Positions 54,280-64,000 of a stretch of DNA of 64,000 bases are shown piece after piece. The notes beneath the pieces are model-generated. The model ran no database searches and had not been told where the DNA came from. It saw only the letters and a program-made list of their open reading frames with translations. The stretch is from Marsupella aquatica (lineage: Eukaryota; Plantae; Marchantiophyta). Position numbers and translations under genes: made by a program. How positions within the stretch are numbered: position 1 is the first letter of the stretch; each line of letters starts with the position of its first letter. The stretch lies in the NCBI GenBank assembly GCA_973895155.1, contig OZ316897.1:11865832-11929831 (forward strand), read 5' to 3'.

Positions 54280-55640
54280 AAGAGACCAATAAAGGGGATA
54301 AAACCAGGGGGAACCCAGCAAGACAAAAGATCCAAAAATCTCAAGAGTCCCCAACAATTAATGGCAAAAACACTAACGCCTTAGTAAGCAAGAAAGTGAA
54401 AAGCCTGGTAAAGTAAGCTCTGGAGCAAATCACACAAGAAGGCCCCAACGAGGAAGTTGTCCAGAAGCCCTAAAGCCAATAGCCTTTGCCTTATAAAGAA
54501 TTATAGTGAACTGGAGTACAATCCTTCTTTCTCCACCAAATTGTCTTTGTGGTATTAGATAGCTATGAAATTTGCTTCTAAATGTCATCTGGATTTTGGT
54601 GTATGCAATCTTTCTCTCTGTACCAAATTGCCTTTGTGGTATGACATGGCCATGAAAGTTGTTCCTAATTGTCATCCTCATGGTGGCCAACCTGCAAATT
54701 TTCTCTGGTTAAGTAATGACGTTTTCCTTGAATTTGACTTCTTTCCTGATTTCTCAGTTGATGTCTAGTGATTTGGTTGGACATGACTTTTTCACTTATT
54801 AGGCCATTTGGGGGTGCTCTAAGCCTTTTCTCCTCAAGACAAAGGCCTGTTATCCAAGTTGTGATGACTCTCCTTAAATCTAGGGAATCCAACCAAAATT
54901 GAAATCCGGATGGTACTCCAAATTTGCCAGTTGAAAGTGCTTGGAGAGACTTATGGAACCTGAATGGACTGCAGTGAATCCCTCTTTTCTGCTCATATAG
55001 TACAAATTACACCTATGAGTGAAATGGGGCCAGAAAACCAGGTAGATTCTCTCCATTCTCGATGAGATTTAACTATACTAGGCTTAATGGAAAGATCTTC
55101 CCAGAAGTATGAAAGTAACCCAGAAAAGTTAACGACTCCATTCATTGGATATCAAGATATCAAAGGAGACATTAAATGTCAAAGTTAGCTGCTGAAAACT
55201 TTTGGAAGTGCAATGTGTATTTAGTGAGTGATAGACAAATCTTTAGAAATTCATAACTCTCTCAATCATTCATGAAAATTAATGACAGTAGCCTGGTTGG
55301 AAAAATCTTCCCAAGCCAGTTCTCGAGGCACCAAGAAGAGCCAATTCCCTTCTATATCAAGGGCAATGTTGAGGGTAAACTTTGTTCACGACAACTCTTT
55401 AGAAACTAGAAGGGTGTCAATGAGTGATGGTGTAAGAGATTTCACATCCGTGGGGGTTGCATGGTTTTAGGTTAAGTTAGAGTCTGATTTTAACAATAAA
55501 TAAAACATGAACTTAGAAATCCAAAACTGCAGTCCAATGGACTATTGTAAATGGTTGATAAAATGCCAGGAAGGACCAGAACAACTCGGAAAACCTTGTT
55601 ATACTCACATATCACCTTTTCTTCTTTGAAACTTCCACAC
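54280..55640 (-). mobile_element. Possible heavily decayed LINE 3' fragment
   Basis: Only weak remnants, such as an ICTI*AEKR segment resembling the L1 C-terminal IWxxRN motif, plus a T-rich 3' region on the minus strand. Boundaries are rough. Confidence 0.25.
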
Positions 55641-55909
55641 CTTCAGGTTAGCAGTAACCTGTTCCATCCCGGTGTGCAAGGTATATCAGAGTGGTCCATT
55701 GGAGCTTACGTTCTAGAGATTTAGTAGGGCCTCTCAAAGCTTGACTAGTAAGGATGATGGCATATGGTCATAAGGAATAGATTATAACTTTTTCACAAGA
55801 ATGTGCAAAAGTTTTTTTTTGTTTTTTCTTTCACCAGCCTCTACATTGACTAATAGTTATGGCATAGGACCAATCCTTATGGCAAAAAGTTAGGCACTAT
55901 GAATTCTAT

Positions 55910-56080
55910 AGTCCATAACTTTTTGTGTCCATAAACCATAACTAGGGAGTTAAGGTACATCAAATTGCCATTGCCACTTTTAAGATGCCCTAGTCCATAA
56001 CTTTTTGTGTCCATAAACTATATTAACTAGGGAGTTAAGGTAAATCAAATTGCCATTGCCCGCCTTGCGACGCCCTAGTC
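55910..56080. repeat. Direct duplication of about 82 bp
   Basis: TAGTCCATAACTTTTTGTGTCCATAAAC...AACTAGGGAGTTAAGGTA.ATCAAATTGCCATTGCC occurs twice. Confidence 0.8.
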
Positions 56081-56405
56081 AAGTAATATTCCTAGCACGA
56101 GCACCATGCCTGTGCATTGCACAATTGGGTGAGTGAGAAAGCGAAGGCCTGGCAGGAGTCGTGGGCACTGGTCAAGTTGGGTACCGGCTCCACTCCTCGC
56201 CACTGGGCAGCATGGCATATGTCAATTATGAGGGAGGGAGTCATGGGCAGTCGGGCGTACCCCTGTCTCGACCCTTTTCGCATTCAAGGGTCCCCTTTTT
56301 GCATTGAACAGTTAGGGAAAAAGTGCAAAAGAATCCAACGGCTGCTGATAATTCCCGCCCATAAGTGTTTTTGTAACGTGAGGACCGACTAAATTTGGCG
56401 GGATT

Positions 56406-56528
56406 GGGTATTATAGTTGTAAATCTACTCCTTGATGCCATGTAACAGTTAGACTATGGTGAATAATGGGTATTATAGTTGTAACTCTACTCCTTGACTC
56501 CATGTAACGGTTAGACTATGGTGAATAA
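56406..56528. repeat. 62-bp tandem duplication
   Basis: TGGGTATTATAGTTGTAA.TCTACTCCTTGA..CCATGTAAC.GTTAGACTATGGTGAATAA occurs twice. Confidence 0.85.
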
Positions 56529-57164
56529 AGAAGAAACCCTAAAAATTAGTTAGAGAATTATTATTGTATCCAGCAAAAGAATCGGGTTGGAGTTCCCAAT
56601 TGGAGCTCAGCTTACAGATCTAGACATGCTCTCATCAGGATTCGTCATTTCAACGCCATCGCCACGGGTATTGTGTGATCTTTGCACCGACCTTTTTCGA
56701 AAGCTTGTGGTCTGTTTGGTCTTCGCCCTCGAAAGTTGCAATGAGAGACGAGAGAGGATTCGAAGAAATCATTCCCCAACAGCTTTGACACTGCTCTGAG
56801 TTCTCCGCATGTGCAATTCGGAAATCTCATTTCTTCTTTCTGTTGTGGGGCCGGCCATCCCGCGTGGTGCCTCTCCCGTAGTATCGTGTGATATTTGCCG
56901 TCCAACACGCGCTCAATCTGGCAAAGCACATACTCTCGGGCGATTGGAATTACGCTTTTCCGCAACCCCAATGTTGAATTACGTCTTAGAGTGGCGATGG
57001 ACCGAGGAGAAGCTAGATATTGTCCGCTGTCTGAGGAGGACGCCCATCGTCAGGACTACTGCCATTTTTCTGTGACCGTCAACTTTGTTCGAGTTGTATG
57101 TAGAGTTTTTCTCGTGGTGCTTGCTTTTGGGAAACCCTAGGAGTGGCCAGTTCGCTTCTCAACG

Positions 57165-58295
57165 ATGGAGGTGGCTGTGCCAGTCGCACCTCGTGTGGAA
57201 TGTGGGTTGCCGGCAAGGTCACGGTCAAGGTCTGGGGTGCTGTTATACAGTGCTGCTGCTGACCGTGTCACAGTTGCTAGCGTTCGTAGACGGGGTGCTT
57301 TCTCTGCAGCAGATCTTTTGAGAAGGGATGGTGATGGGTCTTTTGGAACGAGCAGTTTGTCTGTTGGGGCTCGCTTGTCAATTCTCCTCGAATCATGCCC
57401 CAAACAGCGGACAAGGAAGGATTGTTTGATAGTTGTGCGGGCAGAGAAGAACGAGAATGGCACCGAGGAGACTCCTGAAATTGCCAACTTAGGGCAACCG
57501 ATCATCGTCAAAAAATCGGCGTTGTGGACATCCCTGGACTTTTGGGTTCAAGTTGCAATCTTTGTGTTTGCTGCTGGGTTCGTTGATGCTGGGTGAGATT
57601 ACTTTTCGTCATTCTCTTGCTGTTGTATTTTTTCTCTCCTGTGAGCTTCGAATTTGCTCTGATTCTGGTCGTCATAGCACCATTTGTGCTTCCATTACAT
57701 TGAAGCTTAGGGCACGCATATTCAGGTTGGGGATCAGGTCTAGATTTTGTTGGGTGCCCCGGATATCTTTTGAGAAATTGCAGTTCTGGACCTTTCACAA
57801 AGTGGCACGCAATACTGTGATTAGATCCTTGGGTTTCCTAGAGTTGGCCTTAGATTTATGCCAAGGTCATTCCTGGCTTCATATCTGCAGGAGAGATTCT
57901 AGCATTTGAACTCTCCAAAATGACTTGCTCGAACGCGTGTAACTTTCGGAGCTAAGAAAGATGAATTACCACTTTTTCTTTCGAGGTCTGTCAAGAAAAG
58001 TTGTAATCTTGTCTTGAGGAACTATTTGACAAAAAACCCAAAATGAGGTGCAGTGGAAAGTGTTAATTGAACCTTACATCTTTGCCATAGTTATTTGTAT
58101 TGTTTGAACTACTGCGTCGAGGTATGTCTAATCGTCCCTTTTGTATTTGTGTTTTGCAGTTTCAGTGGGGACTGGTCACGAATTGGCGTGTTGTCTAAGC
58201 AGACAGAGGAAGAGCTGCAAATGGCTGCAGTTGGAGTTGTACCACTTGCAATCACACTGATTTGGTCCATTTCTCAGAGAAGGAAAAACTTGTGA
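57165..58295 (+). CDS. Conserved-type plant protein of unknown function, putative plastid membrane protein. Exons 57165-57592 and 58160-58295
   Basis: Transit-peptide-like N-terminus. A phase-2 intron (GG|GTGAG...TTGCAG|T) joins FVDAG to FSGDWSRIGVLSKQTEEEL. Two hydrophobic segments. Confidence 0.85.
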
Positions 58296-60147
58296 AGAGA
58301 AAAGTGGAATTGGTAGTAATTTATGCTGATGAGAGTTTCTGTTCCGTTTGGCGTCTGGTGAGTATACCCACTCCTACCCACAGGGAAAATTTTGTGTTCA
58401 GCATCGAATAGCGCTGATGAGGCAAGTTGACTGTTGTACATTTATCTGTGAAATGAGGACCTTTTCCGTAAGGTTGATTGCGTAAAGCAACACTCTGGGA
58501 GAGCAACGCCTCGTAATTTAATTGTGAGAGGAGAAATTAATCAGATCTAAACTTGCAGGTTATTACTGTGGCTAGGGTATTCGCATATCTACGTCTCCAC
58601 ACTTTGGGAGAGATTTCCATTGAGTAACACTGCGGTTCGCTTGCTGGCAGATCTCCCGAGGAGGCCTACAGCTGCAGTAGCAAAAGCATCAGATGTACTG
58701 AATTGATGAAATGGATTTGACTGATAATCGGCAAGACCAGGCTTAGACTCATGATCTCAACTATGCTACTAGGAGAACAATCATGTGCTTTCAGTAACCA
58801 GCATGCGAACTTTATGATCTTGTACTCCTCGTACTGGGCCAGTTGCTCGAGGCTCGGAGCTGCCTTCTCATCAGCCAGCGCTATTGGTACGCACAAGTGG
58901 ACCTCAAAAGCACATGGGAAAATATTGAGAAGTTAGTGGAGCTTGTTTAAACGAAATCTATTGGTGTCAAATCTCCGTGTAAAAAGACCGCAAGGGACTC
59001 CTGACTTATGAGAAGACAGTTCCTACCGTGCGTCAGGCAAACCTACGTGTGAAATTCGAATTTACTGTAGCCCTACCATCTTTTCTGGAGCTGCGTTGAA
59101 TTCAATCTCTGAGGTTTTATCTCCTCTTGGGATTATTTGTAAAGATTTGCACCTAACCTGTGCTGAGCCCAACCTGGACAGCTTCCTTATGGTACAGTCA
59201 TTATTCTGCATGTTTTCAAGCACTAGCAAAGTTCATGCACTTGAAATGCGACCGTTTTCGAGGTTTCAGCAAGGGATACACTATCTTTTATGACTTCTGA
59301 GTAATTTGCGAGGGGTCATTTGCAAGGTGTGAGTCTTTAGTTGTGGCACGTTGACAGACTAAAGGATCCGTTTTCCGAGTTGTAGTGACTGGAAGTAATC
59401 AGCCACTATAAAATTCGAATCTGTGTCGGACGTGAGGATTAATCAAGTTAGACCAATTAGGCCATGTTTCCTACATGGTTTTTGGATATTGGTTAAGGAT
59501 GTTTAAATCCTCTCCAAACCTTGAAAGATGCTCAGCCAGTCACATCTGGACGCACATGAAATTAAATGTTTATCCCCGAACTATTCTAGCTGATGTGGAT
59601 GAAATCTTCTACCGAATATGCATTGCGACAACATGATTAACAAGCCAAACCGGGACCTACATAATTTATTGAATACACCAGGTAAGCAAGGAAGAAGGCC
59701 CAAATTTGTCCTTCAGCCCTGCGATCTAATGCACTGCACGGAACTAGGACCCTAACTTTGACGGCAGTACCGCTCCTAATCAATGCGTGAGAAGTATGAT
59801 TCGACGTTTTCTAGAATGGAGCCGAAAACACAAAGGGCAGAAAGGAAAAAATTCAAGGAAGTAAGCACGTACTACACCCGAAGAAATCTCCAAAGATCAC
59901 TGCAATCACAGACAAATCCGCTTTGTGAAAATAGATTCTGCCTGCACATGCTACCTCATGTGCACCACAATGTTTCAGGTCACAATGTTTCAGGTCTTCT
60001 CGGTCGTGAAAATTTTATTGTAGTAATTTCCTTGTCTGCACTCTCTTTATCAAAGTAAAACGTCCGTCTTGCACCATCACCGAAAGTCTGAAGATGTTCC
60101 TCGACACATGCAGCGTGATCCACCATGGCGGCAATGGCGCGACTAGA

Positions 60148-63100
60148 TCACGTACAAAATCGAAATGTAGTGTGCACTATGATAGCGAACCTTTGATACA
60201 GTCTGGAATACTTTGTAGCAGTATCATAATGGATTCTCAGGTCAAACAGGCCCTGAAGTTTCCCGAAGGATGCAGGAAAGGTGCACAAGCTGGTGCAGTA
60301 ACCGAAATGGAAGTCTTCCAGAGCGGACATTTGCCCGAAAGATTCAGGTAAGCTTTCCAATTCGTCACACCAGTTTATTTTTAAATGGTGCAGGGCCTCA
60401 AGTTGCCCGAAGGATTCAGGCAACTTCTGCAATGTGTGCCAATAACAGGATTGAAGAGTTTTCAGGGCGGAAATTTGTCGCGGAATGATTCTGACAAGTG
60501 CGCAAGCTTTTGCAGTAAATTAAATGAAGAAACTTCAAGGCAGACATTTGTTTGAAGGATTCCGGCAAGGTGCGGAAGCTGTCACTGTCGAAAAATTCAA
60601 GATGATTCAAGGCTGACAATTGCCCATTGATTCAGGCAAGCTTTCCTACAGCTCGAAATTGTCAACTGTCACCCGTTGTAAAGACTGAATCGCCCGAATG
60701 AATTTGGGAGCGTCTATATGTCAGAGTCAGACATATGCAAATACTTTGTCTGTGCGAGATGCCCAAAAGAAGGGGGAGGGTCTCTGAAGTCATACGGTTT
60801 CCAAACGACCAGACGGGTTTAGAGGCAGGGTTGAAAATGTCCTGGCCTGTACACCGGAGGAAACCACCTGTTTGGTACTGACTCACATTCCTAACTCCAT
60901 CAACAACGGGAGAGTCCACCTCCAAGAACTCCACCTTCTTGAGCATAGGAAGAGCAGTGCTAGGGATATGGATAGTCTGACCCAACCGGAAGGCATGAAG
61001 TTCCTGCACATCAGAAGCTCAACACCAGTAAGGTCTTAGCAGGTTATCCAATAGAGACCTCAGGATGGTTAAGGTGTACAAGAAAGACTCATTCCTGTAA
61101 TGCACATTTGAACCAGTACAGCAAACGTCCATTGTGATTTAATACATACTTTGAGTATTCATATATTACAGTCAGCAAAGTGACACAGATGTCAAATTAC
61201 CTTTCCGTCCCGTGCACTAGTTATTTGTAGCATCTTCAACCCACCTTGCCATCTCAAACTCTGTACTTGTATTCATTACTTGGGTCCATTGCTATCCTTT
61301 GTCCCAAACTTTTCAGTTGTTCATGTACCTTGACCAAGTCGGCTTCTTCAACAGGGTAAACAAGTGACATGTCCACCAATGTTTGCCACAGCAGCCTCGC
61401 ACTCGTTGTTTCATAGGCTATCCTCCATGCTGCCTTGGCTTCTTCCGAAGCCCATGGCTCGGTGCTAAAAAAACTAGTGGCATCCCAAAACATTTGCTTC
61501 TCCTTTGGTCCAAGATCGTCATAGCCGACCCTTAGCTTTGCCCATAATCTCTCCTCAAGGTTTGCACAACCTCTGCTTTCGCGAACTGAGAATCTGCTTC
61601 CAATCTTCAATAACTTTCTTTCCTCTGCATGTAATTTCCTAGGACTTCAAGGGTTAGAGGCAACCCGTCACATACTTCTCAACTCCTCGAGTGGTATTTC
61701 TAGGTTCGAGAACGAATGCTTTTTTCCTTGAAGGGAAACGAATGCTTTTTTGAACAATACTTTGGCATTGTTCCAAGTAGGGACAAGGTAGACTTCAGCC
61801 AAGCTCCTCAAAAGCTCTTAATCACGAGATGTCATCCAGAACCAGCAACAGCTTCTTTTTTCGTAGCCTAGACCAGTTTCTTCGGCCGCCAACTTTCTTG
61901 CCATTATTATACATTTGGTCCCACACTGCATTTTTCAAAATATCTTCTCCCTCTGTAATGAAGTTAGCATCTCGAACCAACCAGCTAAAGTCAAATCCTG
62001 AGCTCAAATGATTGAGCATTGTCATGGCAGTGGTAGTCTTTTCCAATGCTCCCATCCCTGCTAAACCCACTATCCTTGCATCGTCCGACTTGCCCATTAC
62101 TTCTTGCACTTTACCGTTGACACTTATACTTTCTTCGGGCAAATGTTGCAAGTTCTGTGGACGAGCCTCTTCCTGATATTCCAGCAATAGAAGATATTTA
62201 GTCAAACAAAATTGTCACTTGAGAGATCTAACTGGGGCAGTAAGGACGAAGTAGAACGCGTACTAAAAATTAAGAACAGAACAGTGACCAACTATGAGCA
62301 TCGGCACATTCTTGAAGCATGAGAAATCAGCCAGCGTACCTCCGTCTTTGCGGCAACCTTATTCAGTAGGTTCGTGAGGGCATAGAACCTCCTGTCTTCC
62401 TTACTAGGTGGCTGACATACTGAATTTTGATCTGCTACAACTATGTTAAACACCTCCCCGTCTCTTGAAGTAGCCTCAGCTGCCACAGCATCTTCAAACA
62501 GTCCCTGTGCAACAAAGATGCGCCAGGGAATTAACAAGATTGCCCCAAGATATAAGAATAAATATTCTTTTTGACCTCTTACTTTTAACGAAGGCAACAG
62601 ACTTTCCTGTCATGTCAAGGAGTGCTACAATCAGTGCATCGACTCCAACTCCATATCGACTAGACAAGCAACTTACACTACAACAATGTGCTTTAGATGC
62701 CAGAAAGCTACAGGAATCCAAAATCACCAAAAACAATGTGTAAATTAATGCATTAAAGGATTACTTGTATCATGGACATGTCACTAAATTTGAATAGGAA
62801 CAATCCTCACAAACTTAGACAAGGAACAAAATTCACGAGTACCAATTGTGTAGGGAGACTTTCCCCAAGTCCATGCACTTGCACCGGATATGATCTCAGG
62901 AAGTCAGCAAACTTTAAATCCAATCGTGCTGCCTCAGTGTTTGAAACCCTGAAGTAGTTGAACAAAGGGACACCTTCAACATCAGCAAGAGGAGAGCTCC
63001 CACGATGAGGTGTACCATAATAAAAATCTCCTCTCAAGTTGTTAAGAAAGGTGCCAAATTGCTCCTTCACCCTCTGGGAGCTGTTACTAGAATACAGCTT

Positions 63101-63903
63101 CGCAGGTAATTCCAAGCATATCTTCTTGATGATCAAGCCCCCCAAAAATTGCCCTACTAAATTAACTTGGCAATAGGGCACTTGCCCAGTTTTCCCATCC
63201 ATTAAATCGGCCATAAAGGTTTCTCCAACGCTAACATGTCCAACACCTTCATGATAAGATACAAAAAAAAATGAGCATGAGGAAAGTTCTCAACCAACCA
63301 GTCCTGAGGCCACGAAAGAGAGTCATCCGCAGATTTGCAGGTGCAAGTATGCCCATCAGAGTCGTCTGCCAATTGCAGGCCATGATAAAACAGGACCTGC
63401 ATGCTGGGAGCCCCCCCTGGTCTGTGTAGGTGATGCATGCTGTCGTTCACCTGGCAAGATCACCGATCAGAAACGAAGCAAGCGTTAAGGATACTCCGAA
63501 ATGTTGGGGTACATACCAAGTGATGTGGTTCGAAGTCGTCTATACTGAAAGAAAGTTTCATACATGGACGGATCACACAAGATCACCAACAGCAGACTCC
63601 AGCTCGAAGCGGACGGCATTTTGTCTCTCAGATTACATCAAGCCAGGGTGGAGATTCCACAATGTATTTCATTACCCCATGAGCGTCTAATTTCAATGTC
63701 CCAGACGCAAATACTCCTGGAGATTCGGAAGAGCAGCCCCGACCACCCTGCATTTTGTATTTCCTTGGAAAAATGATTTGATATCCAATCAAGTAACCTA
63801 GAACAGCAGAGAAGGCAACCCAAATGGAGAAACCACCATATCCGATAAAACAACTGAGAACAGCAGAGATGGCAGCCCAGGAAAGAGCACGAGATGCATC
63901 CAT
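60148..63903 (-). pseudogene. TM + alpha/beta-hydrolase + NB-ARC + LRR (HNL-type NLR), disrupted
   Basis: Hydrolase: VLFYHGLQ, WPQDWL, LVGQFLGGLIIK, YYGTPHRGS. NB-ARC: degenerate P-loop GLAGMGALEKTT, kinase-2 LLLVLDDI, CDGLPLTLEV at about 61643-61672, MHD-equivalent VHEQL. LRRs: LPESFGQL/M repeats. Several stops and frameshifts. Confidence 0.88.
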
Positions 63904-64000
63904 CTTGCTTTGATCCAAACTAGAAAGTCGCAAAGTGCGTGAGCCAGACGATCGCTTCGATAGATTGGGTCAAAAAGGACAGCAGTAACAAATCCGGAAC

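Noticed and set aside
56533-56543. Telo-box AAACCCTAA upstream of the 57165 gene
   Set aside because: A single short motif in AT-rich DNA. Plausible but not supportable without TSS data.

Overview
Eukaryotic, intron-containing land-plant DNA. It is probably from a liverwort (inference: it carries an alpha/beta-hydrolase-NB-ARC-LRR gene, an architecture described from liverworts). Host genes: an intronless ERN1/RAP2.11-like AP2/ERF factor (16039-18033, +), two small spliced genes for putative plastid membrane proteins (31813-33107, -; 57165-58295, +) and a decayed TM-hydrolase-NB-ARC-LRR immune receptor (about 60148-63903, -). The rest is rich in transposons: the 5' end of an LTR retrotransposon and a related solo LTR, a decayed Mutator/SWIM element, foldback elements, MITEs, a SINE and a mini-Helitron. 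The most unusual object is a 7.2-kb DNA element (2145-9373) with 25-bp TIRs and a 4-bp TSD. It holds a nested copy of its own family, about 30 copies of the palindrome CGATAAATTTATCG set in tandem units of 56-57, about 73 and 295 bp, inward-facing TATA-like boxes at both ends, and an F-box-like cargo ORF. No transposase is recognisable in it. All calls are by eye; no database searches were run.
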